DNA of 64,000 bases from Blasia pusilla. Taxonomy: Eukaryota. Both the position numbers and the translations under genes were made by a program. The stretch is taken from positions 23,932,001 to 23,996,000 of the forward strand of contig CM114271.1 in assembly GCA_050084515.1 (NCBI GenBank), given 5' to 3'. A model generated the notes under the pieces. The model was not told the DNA's origin, searched no databases, and saw only the letters and a program-made list of their open reading frames with translations. Of the stretch, positions 1-12,101 are shown piece after piece. The first letter of the stretch is position 1. Every line of letters starts with the position of its first letter.

Positions 1-469
1 GGGTCCTCATCAAAGTTCCTGGAGAGTTGGTAATGTTGTTGGTGTGAAAGCACGGAGGGCGATGGGAGAAGCGAGTGCGACGACTCCTATTGTTGATGCT
101 CAGGAGGGGCATGTGTCAAGCACGTTCTTGGGGGCGGCCACCGTTGTGTACCGCACTCCTTTATTTTCTGCTTCCGATGTTGTGACGTTGGGAGGTACGC
201 CCGCCGAGGCTTCTCGGCTGGCCGCTTCACTATGTGAGCGCGGAGTTGGAGTTCCTGCATCACGTTCAGAGGTGATTGCAGAGGAGGTGATGGACCTGCC
301 CTTGGAGCGGATGCTAGGGCCGTCCACGTCAAATTCATGGCAGGCTGCAGCTACTAGGATGGCGGAGATGCCCGCTAGACCCGCGATAGAGCGTGCCATG
401 GCTTCTCCTGGTATTGTGTTGCTGGATAACCGAGGAGAGGTCTTCCAGTTGGTGAGTCGTGGAGGTAGA

Positions 470-830
470 GCTTTTAGTCTTGTTGGATTCAGGAGCGCAA
501 CCCTTGATGTTGGGGAAAGCGTCATTCAGAGGATTGGGCTTGACGAGAGCCGATGTGGAGTGTTGTCCATTTCGGATACAGACATCCTTGGGTGGAGCGA
601 GTACCACAAGATATATCACCCGGCTGGAGTCGTGGTGAGGATTCGCGGGACATCCTGCGATGAGTCCGTGGTGTGCGCCAAGGCGATAGTGATCGATCTT
701 TGAGTCCTACGACGTCTTGGTTGGTGGAGCGATGTTATACCCGATGGGGTTTCCTGGATTACTAGGAGGAGTCAACGTCCCCTGAGACCAGGATGGCGTC
801 GGTGATGGGCGCCTTAGCTCATTACCCGTT
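470..830 (+). pseudogene. Retroviral-type aspartic protease domain of copy 1
   Basis: A frame not shown in the ORF track reads LLDSGAQPLMLGK (GAT TCA GGA GCG at 486-497); SYDVLVGGAML follows at about 705-738 after frameshifts. Confidence 0.8.
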
Positions 831-1180
831 TGATTCACAGTGCGATGATCGAGCAGCGGCCAGGAGAGATGGCGACCTTAGCAAAGATTTAGCAAAGTGC
901 CATCACTTGGCCTAGTGATTTGATTGAGGACATGTCCATGCAGAGGATACTCCCTTTCCGACATTTCTGTGGAGAGGAGTGTTATGGTAGTGCATCATTC
1001 CGTGGAGGAGAGGTGCATTGTGGGGCTCGATTGAGGAGCTTCAACGATTGGCGGATCGCAAGACATGCAGCATCGCGTGGAGCGGCGTTTGCACAGAGCG
1101 TGACGGGTCCGAGGAACCCGAGGTAGCGGGAGTGCTACGATGACACCCTTGGATACTACACCCATTGTGTGGTGTACCCG

Positions 1181-2150
1181 GAGGAGGGTATTCGAGTGTT
1201 AGATCTCTTTGGAGGGATTAGCACGGGTTAGTGCTTGTTTTGCAGCGGGAGTGCGAAAGTCTGGAAGATACTTGTATGTGGAGAGTGATGATGTTGCAGG
1301 CGTCTCACTACGACATGTGGCGCAATTACGCCACGTTTTCGACTTATTATGCGTCCAGCGATGGGTACCGAGTTCCCTATCGAGGATATTTAGTTGTTGG
1401 GGCGCAGGACTAGAGCGGGTAGGGACCATTGATTTGGTCATTGCCGGTTGGCCATGTCAGGGCCAATCGAGTGCTGGACGAGGCAGCGGGTTGGCTGACA
1501 CTCGGTCCAGGTTGTTTTGGGAGATGTTGAGGATCTTACTTTACAAAGAGAGAATCTTACGGCGATTGCAGGAGCACCAATCTCGTTCCCAGCCTACATT
1601 CTAGAGAATGTGCCGATCTTAGGAGACTCCAGGTCACGGGTCGTGACGAGTGCTCATCAGGTGCGTGCCTGGATCGGCCCAACAGTGTTCTTGGATGCGG
1701 CGAGTGTAGGTTCTAGAGCCCATCGCCCGCGTCTATGGTGGACCAACTTGGTGCCCCATGCGGTGTTATGGAGGGCGATGCAGAGTGGAGCGCCCCCCCT
1801 TTGTTAGTGGATTCCATTTCGATCCGGTCGCCGATCACGGCAAAGTGAGGCACGATGATCGACCACCGCCGACGTAGGGTCAATAGGTAGGGTAGGCCGC
1901 GGGCGAGCGCCTTGCCCACGTTTGTGAGTTTTCCCGCTTCCTATGCATACAAGCAGGCCGGTCCTGGCTTGATTTGGGATGACCAGGTTCAGCGGTTGGT
2001 GGAGCCCAACGCCGAGTAGAGAGAGAGCGAGCGATGGGATTTCCCACAAGAGTGACGGCAGTACCATCAGTGTCAGAGGCATCACGACGCCATGTCTTGG
2101 GTCAGGCGATGGACCTGAACTGCTTGACATGGATCCTCAGCTTGGGAGTG
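1181..2150 (+). pseudogene. DNMT3-like C5 cytosine DNA methyltransferase domain within pol (frameshifted)
   Basis: Motif I IRVLDLFGGISTG (1190-1228); motif IV DLVIAGWPCQ; motif VI YILENVP; motif VIII AHRPRLWWTNL; motifs IX-X MGFPTRVTAVPSVSEASRRHVLGQAMDL. Confidence 0.9.
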
Positions 2151-2559
2151 GCTGAGAAGCGTCGTATGAGATCGCGACAGATCACAGCGGTTGCGTTGGA
2201 GAGCCCCATGCCTACCGAGAGAGTGGAGGCAGTGGCTGGGGGCGAGACCCAAGGAGATCTACGCACCAGGGTAGATCGGGAGAGACACCCTTGGACTTCT
2301 TGGGATGTTTTGAAGGTACGCAAGGAGATGATAGCCACAAAGATCGAGCGTGGTTTTTGCAATCGCACACGTGGAGGAGATCGAGTTTGCGATTGGTCGC
2401 AGGAGAGCGGCCGAAAGTGTTGTTGTTCGAGACGGGTTGCACCATAGCAACCACCGATACCCGCGCGGAGAGTCCTACCGTAGTCACGATGGAGACTTGG
2501 GAGCCGATATGGGCCCTAAGTTGACACAGGAGGAGAGCGGCGCCGAATACATCGTTCCT

Positions 2560-3910
2560 CGGGAGTTATAGGAGCCGCTGCGTTTAGCATGGAGGATTTG
2601 GGTACGTTGAAGGGACCGGGATCCGCATTGAGTTGTCGAGTGATATGCCGATCTTCCGACGACCCTACAGTGTACTGATGATATGGAGAGGGCTCGATTG
2701 AGTAGGAGCCAAGACTTGGTCGGAGCAGACTAGTGGAGATGTCGCATGGGGAGTATGCATCTGCGCCTTGTCATGCCCGCCAAGAAGGATGTGCATGGCA
2801 ACTGGACGGATAGGCGGATGTGTGGGGATTACCGACCTATCAATCAGCAGACGAAGTCCGATAGGTATGCCATGCCCACCCCTGAGGAGATCTTTGATGC
2901 GATTGGTCACGCAAAGGTCTTGAGTTCATTGGATTTGCGAGCTGGATACCATCAGCTGCCTATAAGATTGGAGGACAGGCAGAAGACGACATTTTGGGGC
3001 ATCGATCCTCACGGGAAGGATTGTTTGTACCAGTGGCGGTTCTTACCATTTGGGTTAAAGAACGCCCCGGCTGAGTTTCAGAGGGTCATGGATAGGATCT
3101 TGGCTGGTCTGGATTTTGCTAGGTGTTATATTGATGACATCGTAGTCTTTAGCACCACGGTTGAGGAGCATGAGCAACATCTAGAGGAGGTGTTTCGACG
3201 ATTGCAATTACATGGGCTGAAGCTACATCCAGGCAAGTGCAAGTTCTTCTACGACCAGATTGAGTACTTGGGTCATACGATATACCCAGGGGGCCTTGGT
3301 GTTCAGCAGACGAAGGTAGAGGCTATCTCACGCATTTTACGCCCTACAGATGTGAGCCGTGTTCGCGCATTCATGGGATTGGCAAACTTCTATCGGCGAT
3401 ACGTCAAGGGATTTAGTTCGATTGCGAAGCCGCTGACCTTGCTCACCAAGTGGATCACGAGTGGCACTCGGGGGGATGAGCGAGCGAGCATTTGATTGCT
3501 CAAGGATAGGTTGACGTCCGCACCCATCTTGAGGAGACCGATCGGCGTCCTTTCCATTGCACCACGATTGGAGCATGTTGGGGCTTGGAGCGGTGCTCAC
3601 CAAAGATGATGATGAGGGTAGAGAGTTTGTGGTGGCTTACGCTAGCCGCTCGAACAACGCCGCAAAGGCTAAATACACTCGTATGAGGGTGAGTGCTTGG
3701 TCGGTGTGGGTCGTCGCGCATTTCAGGTGTTACTTATTCGGCAACCCTTTACCATCATCACTGATCATCAACCACTGAAGTGGTTGATGGAGTCCGACAA
3801 GCTTACAGGGAAGCTTGCGAGATGGGCTCTGTTGTTGCAGGAGTATGATTTTGGTGGTACATAGACTGGAACGCTCAACCAGGATGCAGATGGGTTGAGT
3901 CGTAACCCAT
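2560..3910 (+). pseudogene. Reverse transcriptase and RNase H of copy 1
   Basis: RMCGDYRPIN, LDLRAGYHQ, LPFGLKNAP, YIDD (3127-3138), KCKF, YLGH; RNase H DWSMLGLGAVL, VVAYASR, DADGLSR. Confidence 0.95.
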
Positions 3911-4099
3911 GCCCGTCGGCCGAGATGTGAGTGGAGCTCGATGGCATGGAGAGAGTGATGAGGAGTCGGTGGCGGTGGATGGCACGCGGCGTCGGCCTAT
4001 TCGGGCATGTTGGCTATGGAGAGCCAGAGTGTGGAGACTTCGATGGCGAGGTCTAGTGGAGAGTCTTTGGATCCCGAGGCGAGTGAGGACACGACAAGT

Positions 4100-5540
4100 G
4101 GCCGAGATATTCATGATGATGGAGTAGTCTTAGAGTACCTTCGTAGTGGCAGCCTTGTGAGCACCATGGATGCTAGAGAGCGGGATCGGATCCTACAGCG
4201 GGCCAGACGGTTCCGTTGGGAGGGGACATTTGTTTTGAGGGTTTGGGAGGATGGCAGAGTACGCGTAGTGCCGCATCCTTTGCAGAGAGCACAACTAGTG
4301 CAGCATGCCCACGAGGAGTTGGGTCACTTTGGGGTGAAGCGGACGTATAGCTTGCTCCAGATTCAGTATTGGTGGCGAGGCATGCAGACTGACGTTCAGC
4401 AGTTTGTTGCCAGGTGCATGGTGTGTGATCGGGTCCGAGCATCGTTCAATGCTCCGACTCCACAGTTGCATCCATTACCAATCATGGGCTTAGGGTATAG
4501 ATGGAGTTTGGATTTTGCAGGACCTTTGCCCTTGACGGAGCGTCACAGTCGTTATGTGTTGGTGATGGTCGAGCACTTCTCGAAGTGGATCGAGTTGGTT
4601 GCATTGCCTGACAAAGCGAGTGAGGGAGTAGCTTATGCCTTCCTTGACAGAGTTCTGAGTCATTATGGCATACCAACTTAGGTGTTGACAGATCAGGGTA
4701 CCGAGTTTCGTGGTGAGTTCCAGGCCTTGTGTGATCAGGCGCTGATCGGCCACCACACGACTTCGCGAGATCATCTCGAGGCGGATGGATTAGCGGAGAG
4801 AGTTGTCCAGACGGTGAAGAGGGTTTACGCAAGTATGGCTTGCAGAGAGGTCACCTAGGAGATTGGGACCTCCAGTTGCCATGGTTGGCGATGGGATACA
4901 GATTCAATAGGCAGGCATCCTTAGCGTCTTTTTCACCGTATTTGCTACTTTATGGCCGAGAGCCAGATTTACTTGCGGCCATTCGTCGAGATCTTTGGTG
5001 AGGTCTGAACCTTGATGACCCTGATGTATGGGTGCGAGCATGTTCTCAGAGGGCTGAGTTATTTCGGAGAGTGATGCCCATGGCGTTCGAGAACTTAGCG
5101 ATTGCACAACATCGGGATACGTTGAGGTATGCGACTATTCGAGGTGGTGGTTATCGACCAACTATCCGGAGGTTTCATCATGGAGATTATGTCTATTTGC
5201 AGCAGACGGCAAGCGGCGTTGGATGTGATGCAGGCGCACTATCCTGAGAGTGCGTGACATTTTGCCATCGGGTGTTCTCTTGCTGGAGGGACGCGATGGT
5301 ATGGTATGGAAGGACCATGTGCGTAATTGTGCGCCATGTCACCTTCCTATCATTGATGGTAAAGTAGATCCGAGCTTAGTAGTAGTTCCTGCAGGCTTGC
5401 GTTGTATGTTTGTGGTTACGCCGTAGTGCGCCACGATGCTAGTCTGTGATGGGTGTTCGAGAGGATGGCATATGGCATGTTTGACGCCACCTCTCACTAG
5501 GGTTCCTAAGGGACGATGGATGTGTCCCAGATGTACATAG
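4100..5540 (+). pseudogene. DDE integrase with C-terminal PHD finger, copy 1
   Basis: HHCC motif HEELGHFG...CMVC; core SLDFAGP / VLTDQG / GLAERVVQ; PHD ...[33 protein letters not shown] with stop at 5538-5540. Confidence 0.92.
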
Positions 5541-5711
5541 AGAAGGTAGTTCTACATTCCGACTTGTGTCTATGACATGGATGACAAGGAGGCGACTAAC
5601 GATGGGGCCACATGAGCACCCGACCTTCTTGCTCTTAGCGTCCGAGAGATGTATGTCATGATAGGTAGGGATAGATGGCTATCTGGAGTTAGAGGGACCT
5701 AACCACCAGCT

Positions 5712-5720
5712 AGGGGGGCG
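5712..5720 (+). promoter_or_regulatory. Polypurine tract of copy 1
   Basis: AGGGGGGCG lies immediately before ATTGGAGATA, the start of repeat B; the same arrangement is at 25321-25329 (-) in copy 2. Confidence 0.75.
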
Positions 5721-6490
5721 ATTGGAGATATTTTGGTTCTTCTTGTCTCGTTGTTTGGATGCCATGAGTTAGCATGGGATCATGCGTGTTTGTGTGTGTG
5801 TTCGGTGATAGCGATGTATGTTGTGTAGCGATGTGTATGCGCACGACAGCTATCACGTCTTTTAGGATAGATCGGTGGGATCTAATAGAGCTCCTTCATG
5901 AGTAGTGGAGGACACGCCCAGTAGTCGAGGGTGACCTGCTGAGGCCCTTGGAAACCTGAGATAGCAGGTTTCCCCTTCGTTTCGGCTCATTTGGAGCCAT
6001 ATTGAGGAACTTACTATTTTAGGTAAGTACCATTTTGAGTATATGATCGACTTTCTAGTTTTGGTAAGTGGCCCTTGACCTCCTACATCAAGTCAAGAGC
6101 CAAGTAAGTGACTTGGGAGAATAGGTTACCATGGAGAGAGCTTGGGAGAGGAGAGGGGTATACCTCAAGGAAAGAGAGCTTGAGAGCTCATTCTCTCTTT
6201 GTTGAACCTCTTGGCATGAGGCGGCGGAGCTATGGTACCTTGTCTTGTGAGTGTAACCCAAGCCTCTCATTAGGAGAGTGGGTTTGGTTTGACATGAGAG
6301 AGAGTGCACACCTTTGAGAGCTATGGTGTGAGATGGTGGAGAGAGAGATTGGATCTTACTTTATTGGAGATATTTTGGTTCTTCTTGTCTCGTTGTTTGG
6401 ATGCCATGAGTTAGCATGGGATCATGCGTGTTTGTGTGTGTGTTCGGTGACAACGATGTATGTTGTGTAGCGATGTGTATGCGCACGACA
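5721..6490 (+). repeat. Split terminal repeat B1 (5721-5848) - GC - A2 (5851-6362) - B2 (6363-6490)
   Basis: The 128-bp B unit is present twice and nearly identical, flanking a ~510-bp A unit homologous to 33757-34273 and 24692-25190. Confidence 0.92.
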
Positions 6491-6499
6491 GCACACATG

Positions 6500-7720
6500 C
6501 TATTATAATTGAAAAAAAGGTTGGTAGGAAGTATGGTGTTGTATCCCCTTGAGTTTATCCTTGATTTTTGGGAGGAGACTCTTGTCTATTCATTGGCCAA
6601 GTTGATGATTTCATGATTTTTGGAAGGACAAGACATTCTTTTAGAGGAGAGTCCTATAGAGAGATAGGCCATAGTAGGTGTCTCTTCCAATGACAACAAT
6701 ACCCCTTGACCATTGTGGGGTATAAGTGACCAGAAGAATGTGAACAAGCTTGTGAAGCAGTAGTAGAGCTAGGTGACTTTAGTACCCAAGAGCACAACTA
6801 TATTATCACTTGGAGTGGTGACATTGGTACCCTTGGAGACCATACACATCATGTGGTAATGTCAAGAGGAGGGGGTGCAAATGTTTTTTTTTTTTTAGAA
6901 AGATGAGCATGGGGTTGGATTTAGTGTCGTAGATCATTGTATAGATACATCGATATCTATATATTGAGAGAAATGAGATATATCACATGACGAGTCTCAT
7001 TATGCCCTATGATGAGGTTGGTCTAGTAGTATCTTGAGTTATTAATGGTATTCGCATTATATGGGTACAAGCCTCCATTTTTTATGAATATTTCATTAGT
7101 AGGGGCATAGGATGTGAAGTCTTGGACAACGTTAGCATCGTTCATTTCATGGTCTTTGGATGGCCAAAACACAATCATTCGTGAATTGGTTAGGGGCATG
7201 GTTTGTAGGATACAAGTTCGAGCATATTTTGGGAGATTTTGCGAGTATAATGAAACTTGTAGGAGAGGCAAACATGTTCTCCAATGTATATGCATTTGAG
7301 AATCTGGCTATTGGTCAACATAGGGATACATTCAGATGTGCGACCATTTATGGAGCAAGTTATCATCCATGGACTAGGAGATTTCATCCTGAAGATTGGG
7401 TGTAATTACAGTAGAGAGCACTAATGAAGCAAGAAGTTACTACATGGTGCATAATTTTGCATGTGCACATGATGTTTTCAACAAGAATCCTCATTTTGGA
7501 GGCAAGACGACATCTTTTAAATATAGGTGGGAGAGTACATATGAGCTTGCAAATCATATCTATGGGTTTGAGGTGTATATTTGTGTGGATTCAAGAGGGA
7601 TACATCCACCATGTTGGGTTGTAATGGTTGTTCTAGAGGGTAGCATTTATCATGTTTGACCCCACCACTTGACTTAGCTTCATCGAGATTATGAGTGTGT
7701 TTTAGATGTGTATAGTGTAA
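6500..7720 (+). mobile_element. Older, highly degenerate remnant of a related Gypsy element
   Basis: ORF 7160-7405 ends AFENLAIGQHRDTFRCATIYGASYHPWTRRFHPEDWV versus copy 1 AFENLAIAQHRDTLRYATIRGGGYRPTIRRFHHGDYV. A PHD-like remnant lies at about 7610-7710. Boundaries are uncertain. Confidence 0.7.
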
Positions 7721-9672
7721 TTGAGATCATGTTAGATTAGTGTGGATGTCATGAATGATGTCTTGAGTTTGTATGTTTAATTTCCAGTTAGGGGGATGAT
7801 TGTGTAGTTTTGGAATACATTTATGAGTGTATTTTTATGTGTATATGAATCTTCTCCCATTTTGGGAAGATTAATGGTGCAAGGTTGTCCTATGATCTTG
7901 ATGATATTGGATACTCTTGGGGATGGCACGCCTACTCCAATGTTTATGATAAGTGCGATGGCTTCAAAGGCGACGGTTAAATTTCTAACACTTTGATAAT
8001 GTAGGGAGTTAGCAAGATGTTGAACTATAACTTTGTTGCTTTTTAAACAACTTCCGGTGAGATCAACGTTTACTCATGAACATGTATGTAGAGGTTACCG
8101 ATTAGGGTTATATTGCGGGGAGGGCTCTTTGCCGGGGGAGGAGGGGGAAGATCAAGGTTGCACACAAACGAAGTCTATGTCTACAGGCTTATATTCATCC
8201 CTAGGACGAACATGTCTGAGTGGGCCCGCCCTATGCGCAACGTCGACACGGGCTTAGCGAGCCCATACCCAGTCTAGCAACTTGTCGTCCGTTCTTGCCA
8301 CCTCTTTTGTAGCCCATGCCTTGCTCATAGAGGCCCGCACTGGCTCGGGCCTGCATAGGGCCCTTGGTAGGCGTGTGGCCAGACCCACAGGGCTAGCCAA
8401 GTTCTAGGGGGGCTCAATGCAGACCACGTGTATGATTGATGCGGGTCAGGTAAGGGCTCATACCACCCACAACCTTTTAATCCATGCTCGCATTCCTTAA
8501 TCAAAGCCCTCACTCGCACCCGCTCCCATACCCTAAGCTCAGCACTCTTTTCCCTCATGTCACGTGTCTCAAGAAGAGGGTAAGACAAATAAGAAGTTAT
8601 TTGTAATAATAAAATTAGTATGATATATAGTAGAATATTTTTATTATTATAAGAGAGTGCCCTCGTGAATTCGGAACACATCTCCTTTCCAAAATGACAT
8701 TTTTAGCCCATTGGTCTTGCCACGAATCCTCTAGTGATTAGGGATCACTTTTTAGGGCCTTATCCCATGGCCCCGTTTCTTGGTGTCACGTGCGATCCTA
8801 AAAAACTGGCCCCCGGCTGAAATCTCAGCCAGTTCCAGGCTGAACATTCAGCCTGAAAATGCCCCTCGCCACTCACTCTACTGAATGTCACCTGTCACTC
8901 ACTCTACAGAGGAAAAAAATCGCGGGGTCACAGTTCTTGTGGCAAGCCCGTCAAATTTCTGCGACTCCGGCTAAAAGTAGACAAGTCTGGGCCGCATGAT
9001 GAGGTTGATCTAGTCTAACGGCGAGAGGTTGTGGCCCATGGGATAAGGCCCTTAGGACCCGGTCCCATGCGGCCGAGGTCGTCAAGACGACACGAAGACC
9101 CCATCCCACTATTCCGGATCTTGGTTGATCTTACGGATGAGATTCTTGGGACTCCACGGAATTCGCATCCTTAGAACATAGGGCGCAAATCTGTGCAACC
9201 CTGCTAGAAGAAAACAACACAACGATGGAGGCTGCTATTTGCAGGGAGCCGGTAGCAGCCGGTCCTTAGATATGAAGAGGAAGGCAAGTTCTAATTGTAG
9301 AGAGCTTAAACTCTCCTCCCGCGGGCTAACTCATGTGACCTCGATAGCATAGAGTATGCATGGGGACATAAGGAATCCACGTACCACCCGAGATCACGCC
9401 CGGCAATGTGGGGCTCTCGGGATATCCTGCGAACTGCAGAAGTTTGTACTTGACCGCTATTTCGGGACGACTTCCGAAGGTGCTGCGGAAGGAACACACA
9501 CAAGCACAGACAGACAGACAGTCGATGTCGATCTGGAAAACTAGAGAGAGGAGGCGAATGTGATTGACGTGTTCGCGAAGGATTCCTGAGAATCCCTGAA
9601 ACGGAAAGACGATACGATCCCGTTCTTGGAGCCGGAGTCCGAGTCGGAGATCCGTGGGCTGCGCCAGAAACG

Positions 9673-12101
9673 ATGGCCACAGTCTCCTTCATAAGCTGCA
9701 AGCTCCTGCCCGCGCTGTCGTCGAGAGGGTCGTCAATTACACGAGGTCGATCGCGATCGCGTCCGCTGTGTTGCGCTACTGCGATCGGTCGCCGGAACGC
9801 GCTGCCACTGCGTGGAGTTTCGTTTAGGGCGGGGAGGGTTTCGCGAGGCGGGCGAGCCATGGCGATGAGCGGGGGAGGCGCAGGCGCGGGTCCGCAAGGG
9901 CAGAAGACGGAGGAGGAGTGGCGCACGATTCTCAGCCCGGAGCAATTTCGCATTCTTCGCCAGAAGGGCACAGAGTGAGTGTTTGGATTTCGTGCGGTTT
10001 TCAGGTGTCAGTCATTGAGTTCATTGATCGCATATTTGCCTTGAGTTCTCGTATCGACAGCGATTGATGCCACAGTTTACGGTTCTAGATTTTCGGAATT
10101 CTCGTACATTCCTACTTGTGTGGGTTTTGTGAGTATTCTGGATCCCGAGGTGTCAAGAATCTCCAGGAGAGGATTCTGAAACTAAGAAAATCTACGAATT
10201 TAAAGAGGTGATTGCGAGAATCGGTAGGAGATTGAATCGGTTTGGAGTGAAAGTCGGAGGTAAAGGGTGGAATTGTAGTGAGTTTCGTCACAACAGGGAA
10301 GATGCCGTCATGGGGAATAGCGCATGGGCAGGCTTTCGCTGTTTTCTCTGGGGAAGAATTGGACAAAACAAACCTTCTTGAATCTGGATGATTAACTAGT
10401 TTGTCGTGATCAATTATTTCTCAACCCGGGAAGCTTTTCTGCTGGCACGGATCTTTTCCCGCACCTTTCTCGGGAAGGATCGGAAAAAGAATTCCACCTT
10501 GAATTTGGATGATACTAGTTTGTTGTGATTATTTATTTCAGTCTGGGGAGCTTCTCTGCTGGCTCGAATCCATAACCCGTATCCATGTGGAGATTTTCTT
10601 TCCACACTCATCCCCGAATAATCCTAGGTGAGAGTTTTGGGTCAGACTGTCGCTTATCACACACATAGACAATCTAAGAGTTTGGGTCTTGGAGAACAGT
10701 CAGTACGAAACCTTCGTTGTCTCTTAATAATGGCATTTTGTTCTGTGTAGACTTTGGATGAATACATTCAGTCATTATCATTCGTTCTCTGACTGCAGAA
10801 GTTCGGTTCATTGATTTTCGATGTGACTGGTTTGACTGCGATGTATTTGTCCTCTTCGGGAATTAGGGACTCCGTCCAACGGGTCTTTTGAGAACTTCCA
10901 ACAGAGTGATCATCCTTCGAAACCATGGCTCGGATACAAAAGAAAAGTGCTTTGGGTTTACATCACACTTGTGTAGTAGCAAAGTGGCCAGAAGGATATA
11001 CAAAGCCTTTTGATTTTTTGACACTCGGCTGAGTGGGGATCTATAGAAACTACAGGTCTATGAGCAGGGATCCGTTTTGACCACCAAAACGGTTTCCGGA
11101 TTGGATATTAATCGAGCTTTCTGAATTTGCATGGTATTGAGAATTCTGGGATCATTGCAGGAATCCCGAGTTTAGTTTGAAGTTTGGCTCTTAGAATTGA
11201 AAACTTAAGTTTTTTCTCTGATACATGATGATTCAATGATCAAGTTTTCTGTCTTCTGACTCTCGATGTCTCGACATTTCAGGTGGGCTGGGACCGGGAA
11301 GTATGATAAGTTCGACGCGGAGGGTTTATATGAATGTGCTGGATGTGGAACACCTCTCTACAAGTCAACAACAAAGTTCAATTCAGGCTGTGGTTGGCCG
11401 GCTTTCTTCGAGGGTCTGCCTGGTGCTATAAAGGAGACAGTGAGTTTTTCTTCTTTTTAAAAAATTTCTCGTGACGGAATTGTCCGCGCTATTTCACTTC
11501 TTTGTGGTAGTTACTGAAGTCCAAACCCTAAACGCGTCCCCCAGGAGATGTGGAAGTTCATGACCAACAAAAAAGACTGTTCCAATCAACTATGTTTCCT
11601 TTGCAGTGCTTTGAAATACGAAGCCTAAGTATGCAGGCAGGCAGGCCTTGGGAGACAGGAGGATGGTCTGGAGGCCTAGAGGAAGATGGTAGGAGAGTGG
11701 GCAGATGTCGAGGAGCATTGACACTTGGGGGATTGGAACAAACTTAGAATAATGAGCCTAGATTCAGTCTACTTCTTGGCTGAGGGCTGGAGACCCTTTT
11801 TAGTTTTTTGCTTGATGCCAGTGTCATGGAGTTTGCTCATGTGGCCCCATTAATGATCCAGAAGAACCGGAATTGAAAGTCGAACCTTGAAGGGGGTTTC
11901 CCTCCAAAATTTTCTGCCACCCTGTCCTGATTGGAACACTGGATGCAGGTTGATGCAGATGGCCGACGGATTGAGATTACCTGTTCTGCCTGCGGGGGTC
12001 ACTTGGGCCATGTGTTCAAGGGTGAAGGATTTCCCACTCCCACCAATGAGCGTCACTGTGTGAACAGTATTTCCCTGAAATTCACCCCAGAAAAAAATTG
12101 A
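9673..12101 (+). CDS. MSRB: Peptide methionine sulfoxide reductase B, probably plastid-targeted (3 exons: 9673-9974, 11283-11439, 11949-12101; 203 aa)
   Basis: [22 protein letters not shown] / [26 protein letters not shown] / [19 protein letters not shown]...RHCVNS. GT-AG introns join in frame (612 nt). The Ser/Arg-rich N-terminus resembles a transit peptide. Confidence 0.95.
10378..10570. repeat. Degenerate two-copy direct repeat in MsrB intron 1
   Basis: GGATGAT..ACTAGTTTGT.GTGAT...TATTTC...GCTT.TCTGCTGGC occurs at about 10385 and again at about 10505. Confidence 0.55.

Larger units (their letters stand above)
1..6490 (+). mobile_element. Ty3/Gypsy retrotransposon copy 1 (DNMT- and PHD-bearing family), frameshifted; 5' part lies outside the window
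   Basis: PR, DNMT, RT, RH, INT and PHD motifs occur in order. A PPT at 5712-5720 is followed by B-A-B repeats ending ...GCACGACA at 6490. Colinear with the copy at 24565-34273. Confidence 0.95.

Noticed and set aside
44-703. 219-aa ORF as a novel protein, with an apparent internal repeat relative to 920-1200
   Set aside because: It is a frameshift chimera; the real protease frame (LLDSGA) is a different one, so the C-terminal translation and the apparent repeat are artefacts.
5851-6490. Treating A+B as an ordinary TG...CA LTR with a truncated 5' LTR
   Set aside because: The PPT precedes an extra B and the PBS directly follows A1, and both copies share the B-A-B layout, so simple truncation does not explain it.
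8100-8560. GC-rich block weakly similar to 55160-55430 (TCAAGGTTGCACA, AGCCCATGCC)
   Set aside because: The shared words are too short to define an element by eye, and no termini were found.
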